A DNA stretch of 63,944 nt, counting the filler, from Olpidium bornovanus S191 (lineage: Eukaryota > Fungi > Olpidiomycota), in the NCBI GenBank assembly GCA_017911155.1. It is 31 parts of 31 records of this genome, joined end to end, with 100 filler letters (N's around TTAATTAATTAA, not from the genome) between each part and the next. Parts side by side here need not be neighbours in the genome. Positions count along the whole stretch, not along the records: positions 47,363 to 51,867 come from JAEFCI010003188.1; positions 51,968 to 54,057 come from JAEFCI010002630.1; positions 54,158 to 55,961 come from JAEFCI010004132.1; positions 56,062 to 57,162 come from JAEFCI010006739.1; positions 57,263 to 61,608 come from JAEFCI010003683.1; 26 more parts are not named here. One strand, written 5' to 3'. The translations under genes and the position numbers were made by a program. The notes beneath the pieces were generated by a model. That model worked only from the letters and a program-made list of their open reading frames with translations. It did not search any database and was not told the origin of the DNA. This document shows, in pieces, positions 47,506 through 60,570 of the stretch; the stretch's first letter is position 1; each line of letters opens with the position of its first letter.

Positions 47506-49379
47506 AAGAGCGGGGGGGGATGGGGGGGTTCGCCGTCGATGGCGACGCAGCCGGAGAGGGCTGCGCCCGGCTATGCTCGCTAACGGGAGAGCGGGATTGG
47601 GATCGGAATCGGGGCCGGGGTCCGGTCGGGGGGGGGGAAGAGAACCGAGGGCCCTCGCAGTGCTATTGATTCCCTCCCCCCCCCCCCCCTGCTTCCTCCA
47701 ATACCTAGCGCTTTCCGGGCCTCCTCCCGCGGGTAATCGCCCTTACTGGGGTGCGGGAAAGGGCGCGGGATGGCGGATTTTTCGTTTTTTCCATCACTTC
47801 GCCGCGAACCATTGCTTCAGATACTCCAGGCGGTTCTTGACGGCGCCGCGGATGCGGCCAGCGCGGGTCGGCTGCCGCGGCGGCGCCTCCGTCCGGACTC
47901 CCGCCTTGAAAGACGGCGGGAGGTAGGTGAGCCCCCGGTTTTCTTGCAGCCTCGGGTGCGCGGCGGCTTTGATCGTGGCTCCTTCTTCGGTCATTTTGCG
48001 CGGAGGACGTTCGAAGGCTGTCGCGTCGAGAGCGTCCAGGAAAAAAAAAAGGTTTCGTCTCCGAGAACGAGAGCGAGAGAGAGTGCAACCAACCCCTCCC
48101 CCCCGCCTTTCCCCGTGACCCGTCTCGGGAAAAAGTGGACGGCGGACAGCAGAAGAGCAAATAAAGAAGAAAAAAAAAGCTGCCTTGCTGTTCGACGTAC
48201 GGCGCGGCAGAGCGGCGGCGTGGGGGTTGTTTTTTTTTTCCGCGAAATCGTTCGACAGGGCCCGCGGGGCGTTTTTTTTTCTTCTTTCGACTCTTTTTTC
48301 CGCAGCTTCGAAGACCCGGAGGAAGGTGAGGAGGGGCGAGGGGGGTGTTGAGCGTGGGCGTGGGAAGTGTGCGTGTGTCTGTGGCGGGGGGAAGGATCCC
48401 GGGAGGTCTGGCCCCGTTACGTCATGCAGACGCGCCGTGCTCCTTCCGCCACTCCCCGCGCGCGCCCCGCCCCCACGCAACGCGCCAATCCTCCTCAATC
48501 ACTTTTCCTCGCCCCCTTCCACCCCCCGCCCTCCCCCCCGTCTCTCTCACGCCGCCCCGCATCGCCCGGCTCCCCGTCCCTTGGCTCCCCGTCCCTTCCC
48601 GTTCTCCTCCCCTTGCCTCGCCTGTACTGCGCTCCCTCCCATTCAAGTCCCGCGTTGCCCTGTCTCTCGCAGGCGAAAAAAACAAATAATGAAAAAAGCG
48701 TTTTTTTGAACAGGCTCTCACCCCTTTTCCTTCCCCCTTCCCGAAAAAAAAAGCCAAAAATGCCACCCCGGGAAGGATCCGCGCCTGCTCGGAAGGGGGC
48801 GGTGGAAAAGATGGAGACACAGACGAGAGAAAGCCAAATGTGCGAGCGGAAGTTGCTCCTGGAGGTGTGCCGGGGGTTCGGCCGGGGGAGGGAAAAGGGG
48901 GAGGGCGGAAATGGCGCGTGTCGTTTCTTGCGAACCCCACCCTGTCCTTCCTCCTTTCCCGCCAGGGAAGCGGCCGTGGGGGTTTTTTTTTCTAGGGACG
49001 GATTTCCACGACGACGTAAACGCAGCACTCGACATCCGCAAGAAGAAAAAAAAAACAAAAGAACTGTGGAGAAAAAAAGAAGTCCGCCGCTCTCCGCCCA
49101 GCCGCCAGACTTTGGAATCCACCCCCCCCCCCCCCCTTTTCCCCTCCCGTTCCAGCTCGCCCTATCAGTAAAAAAAGAAGGAAAACCCGCTCTTCCCCCG
49201 CCGGCCGCTCCTCTCAGTCTGGCTCTCTCCGCCCTTTCTCTTTTTTTTACGCCCGGTTTTTGCCCGGCGGGCGCCGGGACACGGACGGCCGCCGAGACGA
49301 CGGACGAGTAAAAGCCGGCGAAAAAGCGAAAAGCGGATACTTTTTGTTTGCCGGTCGCGGTTCCAATCCGGATTAGACG

Positions 49380-50561
49380 CGAGAGCAAAAAGACAAAGTC
49401 GAAATGTCTTTCTTCGGGCAGTTCATCGTAAGACGCCGTTGTCCTCCATCCCCCCCCCCTTTCTGAGCGCCGTTTTTTCACGGGTTGCTCCGTTTTTCCG
49501 GCCAACAGAACAAGGGAGAGAGATCACCTTCTCTCCCCTACTGAACTATACCTCCTCCCAACCTCCGCTGGTCCCACCCCCCACCCCCCACCCCTCGCCC
49601 GCGCACGCCCTCTGACGTCTCTACCCGAAACCAGGCTTTGTGGGTGTTATGGGTACGTGGGGTCGACCATTGGTTGCGAATTCCTGCCGACTTTTCTTTT
49701 CCTTCCCTCAGCCGTCTCCAACGCCGCTCTTCTAAACGATTTCTTCCCCGGCGCCGTTTCCTTCATCCTCCCGCTCCCGCAGCTGGTCTGGGAGCTTCTG
49801 CTCGCCGCGAGATACGCCATCGGAAATCCCCACGAAGGCCGAGAAGAGCCACCCGAGGCTCCGAAAGAACGAGAGGAGGTGAAAAAAAAAACAGCGATCA
49901 TCGTTAAAGGGCGCTGGCGCGCGCCTTCCTTTTTGTTTGATTTTTTCTCTTTTCAAAACTCAATTTCTTTTTTCCTGAAATTGCGTCACCCTTACCTTCC
50001 CGCCTCTCCCGCCCCATCGGCGCCCGCGGCCGCGCCTATACTCCGAAAAAACAAAGGCGATGGCAGAAGGCGTGCAACGGGCGCAGCGCCTGGCGCGGGA
50101 TTCGCTGTTCACCTTTCTCATCGTGCTTGCCGTTAACTTTTTCGCATCTGGCGGCCTCGGCTCTGATATCCTTACGCGCCTCGGGGCAGAACGCGTTTTT
50201 TTTGTTTTGAGCTGCTCCTTCTCTTTTCCTTTGACAAAAACTTCGCCGTTTTCCCCCCTTCGGCTGGAGGAGGGCAAGCGCGCGGGCGTCTCCGCGCGCG
50301 CATGCGGGTGCGTGTTTTGCGTCGCGTAGACACTGACAGCGCTGGCGTGGATCTACGTGGGCTTCGTCCTGGTCTGGCTGGCCGTCGAATTCATGTTCGA
50401 CAAGGCGCTCTACCGCCTCGTGTTCTGGTTTATCAAATTCGTGGGTCTTCCTTTTTTTTTTTTTTTTTTTGCACGATATGTTTATTTAATCTTTTTGGTT
50501 TTTCTTTGTCCTTCCTTTCCGCCCAACAGGCTCTCGCCCTGGCGATAATCATTGTCGGTGA
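49380..50561 (+). CDS. Hypothetical multi-pass membrane protein, many short exons
   Basis: Phase-compatible exons give VFLRAVHR|FVGVM|AVSNAALLNDFFPG..EREE|AMAEG..FTFLI..|LAWIYVGFVLVWLAVEFMFDKALYRLVFWFIKF|ALALAIIIV. No family recognised. Confidence 0.4.
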
Positions 50562-51284
50562 GTGTGCGGTGGGCGGCGGGGAAAAAAAAAAAAAAGAAAC
50601 CCGTCTCTCCTCTTTGCGCGTCCGGCAGGTTTGAGAGAAAGCGGCGCGGGGCGGGGAAGAAAACCAAAACGTGCCGCGCGGGACTGACACTCGCACCGCC
50701 GCTAAACCGCCGCCGCAAAAAAAAACCACCTTGAAGCGTACGCGGCCGGCTGGTAAAGATAAAGACAGCTTGCCTTCCTTCCCCCCCCCCCCGGTCTCCG
50801 GCACCTTCGGCACCACCACCCTCCTCTGCCGCCGGCCCCCTGCCTCCCCGCAGAACGGAACGGGGGGAGGTGCGCGCGGAGACGGGCGCGCAAAGGGGTT
50901 GGGGGGGGGGGAAGGAGAAAGGTCCCCCGCCTCCGGCTGTCGTCGACGCGTCCATCCCTCTGGTCAACTCCGTCCGTTTACTTAGAACCAAACGCATCTC
51001 GCTTCCGCCCGACACGCGGGCGACGGATAAACGGGTTTTTTTAGCGCCGCGGTGTCATTGCAAGATAAACGAAATGAGAGCAGGCGCGCGCGCAAAAAAA
51101 AATTGCAAAATTCTGGGCTTGGGGAAAGATTGTTCGCGGGGAAGAGGGAGGAGGAGGGGAGGGGGGGGGGGGGGGGGGGGTCCGAAGGAGAAAGAGAGAG
51201 AAGGAGAAAGGGAGAGAGAAAGGAGAGGGAAAGTGGAGAATAAAGGAGAACGGAAACGCGAAGTGCAGGATTTTGGTTTTTTTT

Positions 51285-51400
51285 TGTAGGAAAAAACATT
51301 TATTTCTGCTCTTTTTTTTTGTAGAAAAAAACGTTTATTTCTGCTTTTTTTGTAGGAAAAAAAACATGCTTTCTTTCGTAGGAAAAGAACATTAATTTCG
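51285..51400 (+). repeat. ~30-bp degenerate tandem repeat GTAG(G)AAAAAAC..TTTATTTCTGC x4
   Basis: Four successive gtag(g)aaaa units read directly. Confidence 0.7.
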
Positions 51401-53162
51401 TCCTCGGCCAATTTGTTTCTTTGGGATTGCGGCGAACGCGTCGGAACAAACGCGCACCCCGCTCGTTCCGTTTCGCGAAAATACCTATAGCATTACAAAT
51501 AATAGATATTATATTCCAGCGCCAGGATGTCTCGCCCCTGCGACTGCCACCCGTCCAAAATTGCCGGCGGTGCTTCAAAGAAAATGTAAAATAGGTAAAG
51601 TAAAAAACAAAAAAGCGAACGCGAGGCCCACGCGCCATTTTTCGTCCCTATTTCGGGATTGGCGCGATGCCGTGCCATTTGGGCCCCTCCCTCCCGCCCT
51701 CAAATCAAAACTATTATGTGACAATAGATATTGTATAATTATTTTGCATGCGCTCTCCTGTGGAAATGCGAGGGTGACGTAGGGAAAACGCGCGCACGTC
51801 GCCTCAGTTGTTGCAGACGGCTTTCACGCCTGCGTCAGCGGCATTTTCCGGAGTCACTCCCACATAANNNNNNNNNNNNNNNNNNNNNNNNNNNNNNNNN
51901 NNNNNNNNNNNTTAATTAATTAANNNNNNNNNNNNNNNNNNNNNNNNNNNNNNNNNNNNNNNNNNNNCCCTTCAAGGTGGAGAGCAGAGTTTGGATCCGG
52001 ACGCCGCCCTTCCCCTCGTCTCCTTCTTCTAGTTTCCTGCGCTCTGCTGCTATACAGCAGCCCGGCATTTGTGGCTCACCAGTTCGCGGACGTTAAAAAA
52101 CAAGACTGTACCGCTAATTGTTCACCGCAAGATTCTGCGTTTTCCCGGGGTCGCGCACGCCGGTCGTGTCTTCCGGCTTCCTTGCCATATTGGAATCTTC
52201 AAAAATCACGGCGGCATTAGAAATTGACGAAACCAGCATAGCCATCCGCGGTTATTCCGGACGAATTTCCGCATAACGTGACGAGAAGTCACCACGCAAG
52301 GGTTAGAAACTGGGTTCGGTTGAACAACCTTACGGTTTGTCGTTGGGGGGGGGTGGGGAAACGGGCGGTCGACCTCATCCGTTATGGAAGCGGCGCCGCT
52401 ACGTTCGTGGAGAAACCGACGGTTGCTGGCTCAGGGGAAGAAAGGTACCAGCTTTGGGCAGCAACGCGAGGGGCGAGCGGACCGACAAAAACCGGCCAAA
52501 AAAAATGAGCTGCTGAGCGCGTGAGCTCTCTGCTGGTGGGGGCTTTTGCATTCCAGGCATTGGGCGCGGGTGCACGAGCGCGGGCACGACGCCGCGCGGC
52601 TTCCTCTCGCCGCTCCCGGTCATTCAACGTCGCCATGACCGGCGCGCTCCTGCTGAGGGTGACGAAAGCGGGGGGTGGCGCCCCGCGGGGGAAGAAAAAA
52701 GAGAGAGAGAGAGAGAAAAAAAGAACGCCAGAAATCATAAACGGGAGAGGAAAAAAAAGAAAAGAAAAACGAACAAAAGCGAAGGAAGCAGAACGAACGA
52801 ACGAACGACGAAAAAGCCTTTTGCATCCAGGGAACAACCCCCCCCCCCCGCCTCCCCTTTCCCTCCCCTTCCCCTCTCCTCTCTCCCCTCTTCCCTCTCC
52901 CCTCTCCCCTCTGACGTTTTTCTTTTGCTGCTGGTACGTTGCGTGCGGAGGGCGCAGCACGGGAAAACGGGAAGACCGAGAAGGGCGGCACCGAAAGAGC
53001 AGACGGGGGCGTCGAGGGGGCCGCCTGCTGCTTATTGTGAGCTCCTCGCCCCCCCTTCCGTCCGCCGGCACAGGCGCTGAGAACACCTCCCCCTCTCCTT
53101 TTCTCGCGCCGCACGCAGTTCCAGACCCGGAGAGTGTTTCGCACCACGCCGTGAGATAGCAA

Positions 53163-54057
53163 ATGTCGCTGCCAAACGCCGAGGACGTCGCGCCCGTCGC
53201 CCCGCCGGCGTCTCCCCCGAACGGCGCCGCCCAGGACGACGCGGAACACCACAACGTCTTTGTCTCCCAAGTGGCCTCGCTCCCCATCGTCGCCGAGGTC
53301 TACACTTTCGCCAGCGGCAAAGTTCGTTCTCTCGCCGAGAGGTACGCCCTTGCCCGGACCGTCGTGAACGCCACCACGGCCGTTGTCGGTCGGGCCGCGA
53401 AAGCTGCCGAGCCGCTCCAGGAGCGCTTTGCGCCCCAGATTTGCAAGATTGACCAGACTGCAGACAAGGCTCTCGGTGTCGTGAAACAGAAGGTGAGGGA
53501 AGTGACGTCAAACCGAGTGCCGTTACATCGAACTGTGGAAGCAGCCGTACGACATGTGGAACGCGTAGACCGCCGTCGCCACGCTACTTCGCCCGCGCTT
53601 CGTTGTGATCCTTTCGTAACCTTGGGCCGTTGTCCGACGAAAAGCGGTGCCCGTCCAGTGCTTCAACTCGGCATCCACTTGGAGCCGCACCGGTGGGCTT
53701 GCCTGCCAGATCGCTCGGGTGGCTCATGTGACGTGCTTTTACCCGCGCGTTTTTTTCTCAAACCGGACCACCCTTTGTGTTCGTTTTCCAGTTCCCCATC
53801 ATTACCCAGCACCCCGCCGAGGTCGTGGCTGCCGCCAAGGACGCCGCTGGTCACTTGAAGTCTTCCGTCGCCACCTCGAAGCCGGTGACCTCGACCTCCG
53901 CCTCTGTCAAGAAGGTGGAGGCCGTATTCGGAGCTGTCTTGGGGAACGTAGAAGCTGTCGTGGACAGGCTCCTCCCGGAGCCGGAGAAGACGGTGAAGGT
54001 CGACAGCACCGTTGTCACAAATGGGTGCCACACGTCTACAGACGGTAATGTCATGCG
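53163..54057 (+). CDS. Perilipin/PAT-family lipid-droplet protein (3' truncated)
   Basis: Exons 53163-53492 and 53792-54057: FVSQVASLPIVAEVY...AEPLQERFAPQICKIDQTADKALGVVKQK|FPIITQHPAEV...VEAVVDRLLP, matching the PAT domain. Confidence 0.8.
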
Positions 54058-54300
54058 NNNNNNNNNNNNNNNNNNNNNNNNNNNNNNNNNNNNNNNNNNN
54101 NTTAATTAATTAANNNNNNNNNNNNNNNNNNNNNNNNNNNNNNNNNNNNNNNNNNNNAGTGGTGCGGAAACTCCATTTATTTTCCTCACTTTCTTTTGCC
54201 TTTTTGGGGCCTTTTTTTCCCGCTCTGCCGGGGGTTAGCTGCCAAGCGGGGTGAGTGACGTTTGCTGACTGCGGCATGGACTTTCCGCCTTGTTTACCAG

Positions 54301-54656
54301 ACACGGCGAGGGCGTGAAGAAGGACGCGAAGAGGGCGGCATTCTTTTACCGGAAGGCCGCAAAACAGGGGCATGAAATTTTGGGAAACAGTTGGATTTGG
54401 AAGGTACGGTGCTTCTACCATCTTCTGCACGCCTCGCCCCCTCACTCCCCTCGGATCTTGCATCAACGGAAAAATGTCCGCTTTCGTCCGTTGTCAGCTT
54501 CAGGGAACAAATTGGGCTGACTGCGTGCCTGTCCCTTCCCCAACCCCACTCCCCCATACACACACCCACACACACCACCACCACCACCACCCGCCACCCC
54601 CCCTTGTTTCCCCTTCCCCCGGAGAAAAGCCGAAGTACGATAATCTTTTAGGATAA
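54301..54656 (+). CDS. Sel1-repeat protein, C-terminus
   Basis: Exons 54301-54403 and 54630-54656: HGEGVKKDAKRAAFFYRKAAKQGHEILGNSWIWK|PKYDNLLG*. Confidence 0.8.
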
Positions 54657-55455
54657 TTATGGCTGGGCCTTTTCCAGCTCGTTCATATGCCTTTTTCCCT
54701 TCCCCCGAGGCTGTGTTCAGCAATCAAACGCAATATTTCTTAGTCCCGATGACGCTCGTCCCCTTGAACGGTGTTCAGTATCAGTATCTGCATCCGCATC
54801 CATGTCTACATTTTTTTTCAACCCCTAACTCCCCTCCCCTAGGTCCTTTGCCCGTCATAAGTATTCGTCCTTCTACTCCTGTAGCTGTAGATCAAAGCGC
54901 TGTCGCTTATCATTTTTATATTCTGACGCGTGTACCGGTTGCCGTTACAGGCCGCACACAGGAATCAGACGACAGGTGGCTGCAGCTCTCTGCTTTCAGT
55001 GCGGACGATTGGGGTACATGGCAGGAAGCCAGCTGGGGTTTGCGGACGGAGGGCACAGATGCAGACATTGAAGGCTCCTATTATCTGTCGAGTGCACAGG
55101 AATGTTCACACCACTCCGCCTCGATCAGAGAGTATCACGGGGCGCACGGTTGCATGGTTACCCTTTGAAGGGTATAGCGATTGATTGCAACCGCAGCATA
55201 TTCTCGGCCAGAGACTGCTCAAACAGCTTACGATCAGCGCGTTGGGCCACCCGGCAGCCTGATGGCGCATCGGACCCCAAGGCTCGCCGCGAATCAGATG
55301 GCGGCATTTGCATCGAATCTCTTGGGACTCGGCACAATGGGAGGCAGTTTTCGGATGATTCTCGTGTGCAGGCCTTGGCACCCCAAACAGACCAAGGTCG
55401 GATCGAGGGGCGGCACTCGAGAGTTACGCGGGGGTGAAACATGCTGCCTTGCCCC

Positions 55456-55645
55456 CGGAGAGATTGACCGGTCTGGACCGAGCGGGGCGACGGGGACTGT
55501 TGTCCTGTGGTCCCCCCTCTCAGCAGCGCTGTGATGAACTGGAAACACACGGAGAGATCGACCGGTCTGGACAGAGCGCGGCCACGGCAACTGTTGTTTT
55601 GGGATACCGCCTCTCAGCGGCGCTGTGACGATTTGCAAAACACGA
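55456..55645 (+). repeat. 95-bp tandem duplication (2 copies)
   Basis: GGAGAGAT(T/C)GACCGGTCTGGAC...CCTCTCAGC(A/G)GCGCTGTGA starting at 55456 and 55551. Confidence 0.9.
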
Positions 55646-56061
55646 CTACGAGCGGGTGCCACCGATCGCGTAATAAGCTTCGGGGAAGCCCGACTCCACC
55701 TTCCTCCTCCCAGCCTCGGCACCTCTCCGACCACGGCAGTATACTGTATACGTTGCCCGGGGCACCACATTGAGCCTGAGTCCGGCGGTGAGCATCGGCA
55801 TCGCACGTCGTCAGCGTCAATTGTCTTTATCCTCGCCGGCGTCGTTCCTTACCCCCACCTTGTTTCTGCAGCAGAAGCAGGGCAACCTCTCTGCCCATCG
55901 TTCCTTATTTCCTGTAAATGCGTTCGCGCACACAGTTTCTCTGTGCTTCGTCGTTGCCATGNNNNNNNNNNNNNNNNNNNNNNNNNNNNNNNNNNNNNNN
56001 NNNNNTTAATTAATTAANNNNNNNNNNNNNNNNNNNNNNNNNNNNNNNNNNNNNNNNNNNN

Positions 56062-56379
56062 AAGAGGGTATTCTGCACATTCAGCCAATCTCCACCAACG
56101 CAAATAGTGCGGATGTGTTTACAAAAGGTTTACCCAAACCCCGATTTCTTCAATGTGTCACCGAACTCGGTCTCCTTTGTAGTTTTATTTTTTTAACTTC
56201 ACAATTCTTTATGCCTTTACGCTTTATTTTGTTTCCCTCCATAAATCGAGGAGGAGTGTTGAATTCTCGCTTATTTTCCTTCTCGCCTTCTTGGAACCCC
56301 TGAATGTTAAATGTACTTTACGCGTAATCGCCCCTCTTTTGAATAAACGCCTACGCGGCGAAACACATAACTCACAACA
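56062..56379 (+). mobile_element. Ty1/copia 3' end: RNase H tail, PPT and 123-bp LTR
   Basis: EGILHIQPISTNANSADVFTKGLPKPRFLQCVTELGL; PPT GAGGAGGAG (56248-56); LTR TGTTG (56257)...AATAAA...CAACA (56379). Confidence 0.9.
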
Positions 56380-57835
56380 GGACGGGCAAGTCTAAGACGT
56401 ATTGACGGAACTACGACGTCCCTGATCCCTCATTGATGTGGGTACGTAGGCAACCGAGGAATCTCGACCTGCGAGAGGAAGTTCGGGCGCGAAGGCGGGG
56501 AGCCGATCCCTGCGCGAGGCGATGGCAACCAAAGCGGCGCACGAGGTGCCGGGCGGAACAACGAAGGAAGAGGACGCACCCGGGATCGGACCGTATTCGT
56601 CTCCCTGCCGCGTCGTCGTCAAGTCCAATGCGAGTATTTGGAGCCGGTCGGGCAGGGAGGCGGAAGCGGCGCCCCGGGGCTCCGACCGCTAGCATTGCTG
56701 GGCGGGTCCGGTACGGACGCTGGGAGGGGCGACAAGCCCTTCGGCCGCGCAGTTGACGCCATCGGGGCGAGAACGGGGCCTCCGGGGGCCTCGTTGAGGG
56801 GGGCTTGCGTCGACAAGGGCGTCGGCCAAACCGGAGCACAACGCGGAGGAAAAGGATGTGGAGTGGTAACAAGGGACACGAAACACCCTGGACGCGAAAA
56901 AAGAGACAAAGTGTGGGACGCAACAACCGCAAGGCCGAGCCACCAATCTGCAGTCACCCCTAGACTGCGCGAATTTTGCCGCCGAGCCGAGGTGACGTGG
57001 CGCCTCACGGGACCGCTGTACGGAGCGCGCAAGAAACGCCGCATGGAAATTGCGCCGCTTGCGCGGTGGCGAGGAGGAAAGAGGAGCTCTCGGCGACGCC
57101 AAGGTATAAAAGGGGGATTGGCCGCTGGGGCCTTCCCGAACTTTTCAACAAGGAGGCAGGCANNNNNNNNNNNNNNNNNNNNNNNNNNNNNNNNNNNNNN
57201 NNNNNNTTAATTAATTAANNNNNNNNNNNNNNNNNNNNNNNNNNNNNNNNNNNNNNNNNNNNAACCAGCTCGCTATTTGATCAGCAAGCTCTCGGAGGTG
57301 TGAGTCATTGTGTCCGGTCCGCGGGAAGGGAAATGCCGGTGGGAAACACACATCCCCCACCTCCTTTTTTGTGCACAGCCATGCTATTCCCTGCGGTTTG
57401 GTGCATTAGGAGGACGCCGCAAATTCCGACGTAGTAAACAGGCTTGGCCGTGCGAACGCCCTTCCCCCTACCCCGACCCCCGCCCCCACGCGCCGGCCGC
57501 CCCGCATCTAGTCCGTCGCTACTCCTCCCTATGGAACGCGCAGGTTGCAATTTCGAGGGAAGGTATATGAAAGGCATGGCGCGAAGGACAAATATCATTG
57601 CGAAAAGATGATGGCAACTGGATCTTTGAAGGTTTGATTGTCTTCAGTTTTCCAGTAAAATGCTCGGAATGAAGACATACGAGGTTGGTATATACAAACA
57701 GGAAGATTGATGCTGGGAGTAACCGGGCGGCCGGCAATGACAGGCACAACAAGCCAAAGGGCCGGCCAGATGGGGTTTAGCGATCTCAGGTGTTTCCCAA
57801 ATATAACAACTCCGAATTACAATCAGGGCAGCAGA

Positions 57836-59342
57836 TCAGGGCAGCAGCTTTAACTGTAACGCAGCGGGAAAATAAAAGGGGTCGAGGAAAAAATCGAGGA
57901 GGAAGCACACGTGAATTCGCCGCCGGGTGCTGAAATGCCGCAATTTGCGAGCTGCCCCGACATCCCGGCACGCTCCCGAAGAACAACAAGGCGCAACTCA
58001 CGTAGTTACTCGGCGCGATCCCGACGACGCCCTGGCTGTTTCGCGCCTGCCACCACTTGCCCTTGTTGTCGGAAATCTCAATAATCTCGCCCTAACAAGA
58101 GGATTTCGAAACAGAGGGCAGCGGCGTCACCGGCGGGCCGCGAATCCGCCGCGGTCCTCGAGCGCGTACCTCCGTCTCTCAAGAAAAATACAAAAAAAAC
58201 AAACGAAGAAGAAGAAGAAGAAAAGACGGAAAAAAAATTGGAGTTGACTCTCACCTGCGCGAACGAGATCTCGTTTGGATCATCCGGGTTCGCAGTGTCT
58301 AGAGTGAGGCAAAGAGTTGGAGCAACGCAAGCCACACATGCGCATCGCTGCATCCAACCAGACAAAAGACAGGTAGAGCTCACAGGAATACAATGCTTCC
58401 GCCTTCAGCGGGTATTCGTTAGCGGGACCTGGCGTCGCCATTCCGCCGGTGGGGGCGGATGCCGCAAAGGAGGAGGGCTGTGAAAAGCCCGGCGTGGGTC
58501 TGCCGAAGGCGTTCTTCGCGTGGCTGGTCGGAAGCGCAACGCCGTAACCCGCTGTGTACTGATGGGCTGTGGTGCCTTCCTCGGCGCCGAACGCAAACAG
58601 CCAGAGGATCTACGCAAGATGAAAAAGGTTTCGCGAGGGGGGGGGGGGGAAGGATCACGGCGTGAAAAAAATCGGAACATGAGCCGCGTCAAAAAGGGGC
58701 AAGGGGCAGCGCAGCCGGAGGGCGGTCCGACCACCTCTGTCCGCGTCACAAACGTTCAGTGTAAAATAACGGCCGGGATGGAGACTCACGAAGACGATGT
58801 CAATGAAGATGAATCCGGTGCCCATCGCTTGATGTGCGGAAAACGATGATCGCACGATGGACGCCTGTAACGTGAGAAAGACGACATTCGCCGTGCTGAA
58901 AGCGAGGATCTGCGAGTAAAAACATTTGGCAAAACGCAACGCAATGGGTGTACATTCCCCCCCCCCCACCCCATAAAAAGCCAGATAAAAAAAAAACGAA
59001 CGAGCGATCGTTACGCCAGGGGGCGAAGCACCGCGCCGAAAAAGAGCGCAAGCTCCGACGTACCACTAGCCGGTACTCCTCGACGGAGTCCGTCGTGAAG
59101 GCGGAAAGAATGCCGGCCAGGAGAATAAGGTCGAACATGAGCAGTAGCCAAGTGCTCGAGTCGATGGCATTCGCGGCAGCACAGGCACCAGCAAACGCGA
59201 TGATCCAACCCAGCTGTGTTTTTGGTTTGCGGCGGCGACCGAAACAAATGTGGGGAAGGGGGCGGGATGGATGGGAGACGGAAGAGGAAGAAAAAACACC
59301 GAAAAGAACAATAAGCAAGGTCGACACTGGGGGGCGACGCAT
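57836..59342 (-). CDS. SHO1: Tetraspan osmosensor with C-terminal SH3 domain
   Basis: In-phase exons about 59342-59298, 59213-59064, 58909-58790, 58609-58384, 58298-58255, 58091-58002 and 57853-57836. Motifs [19 protein letters not shown] and [55 protein letters not shown]. The start exon is uncertain. Confidence 0.92.
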
Positions 59343-60069
59343 GGTCAGAATGGCACCGCCGGACACGAAAGCCCAAACGGTCGAGGACACAGGAGAGGGC
59401 GGAGCTCGGCGCGGGCCACTCTCTGCGTGGACCTGACCGCGAACGACGGACAGGGGAAGAGGGACACACCCTCAGTGGGGGAAGGGGGAGGGATGTCGGG
59501 GTCGCCGCACGGTGTCTCTCCATCTCTCGATGTTTTTCCCGTTTGTCGATCGTCGGCTCCAGCACTTACTCACCCCGGCAAGGAGCGCCGAGGCGGCGAA
59601 GAACGGCTTCGCCAAGAGCAGGCCGAAGTCCACCATAGGCATTTTTTTTTTTCTCGCCAGTGATTTTTTTCTCCCCTGTGTCGGAGAGTTGGCAGATGGG
59701 GCGGAGTGGAGCGGGGGCAAATGGGGGTAAAAGGGGGGAAAAGGGATTTGGGGTGTCGAAGAACCGAAAGGAATTCGCGTAGGCGAGAAGGGAAGCTGTA
59801 CCGAGCACGGATTATAGAACGGAACCTGGTAAGAAGGCGTGTTTTCTCTTCGCGGTTCAAGCTTTTTTACAGTACGGGATCCCTGGCAATTCTTTGGGGG
59901 TCTTCAAGAGAGGATTGTTTTTGCCGCGCGATGCACACGGGTTGAGCCTGGGGCTCTGTTCCTCATTTTCTTTACAGCGAGAGTGGGAGGGCGGAGGGGG
60001 CGGGCGGAGGTGGAAGGGGGGGCGTGGGTGGACTTTTGAAAAGTGGTTTCTCATGTGTCAGACTTGCTC

Positions 60070-60570
60070 CGACAGTGAGCATTAACAACAGCGAACTTAG
60101 GAGTTTGAACGAGTTGGCGCGGCAGGCGATTGAAGGCGGCGTTGTACTCCTGGATTTTGTTGAGATTGGAGTATTTGCGGTCAAGAAGAGAGTTTTAGCT
60201 CTATGCTTCAGGATCATCGGCGTGAAGGTTTTCGATGAGGCCGCCGTGAAGCTGTTACTATAAACGGAGCCGGGCAGGGCCACCGACGGGATGATTCCAG
60301 GCGTGGTCACGTGTTGTGCCGGTGAGTTTTGCGCACTCTGTCGACAGGGCAACCGTTGTGGACGGACCATGCTTCGCGAGCGAGGTCAAGATGAACCTCA
60401 ATATTATCGACGAAGTTGCGGAGCTTGGAGGTGCCGCCGCCGTCACTGCACTTTGGCACATTGTCTCGCATTGGATTTGATGGCGTCCCGGTCGGCTTTG
60501 CTAAGCCCGTGACGGTCGCCGGCGTGAGACACGGATTTCGACGGACCCCGGGGAGCGTGTGCGAGAGCAT
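60070..60570 (-). pseudogene. Decayed Ty3/gypsy gag
   Basis: PKCSDGGGTSKLRNFVDNIEVHL, then in another frame LLDRKYSNLNKIQEYNAAFNRL (capsid-like EY..F motif). Contains stops and frameshifts. Confidence 0.45.
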
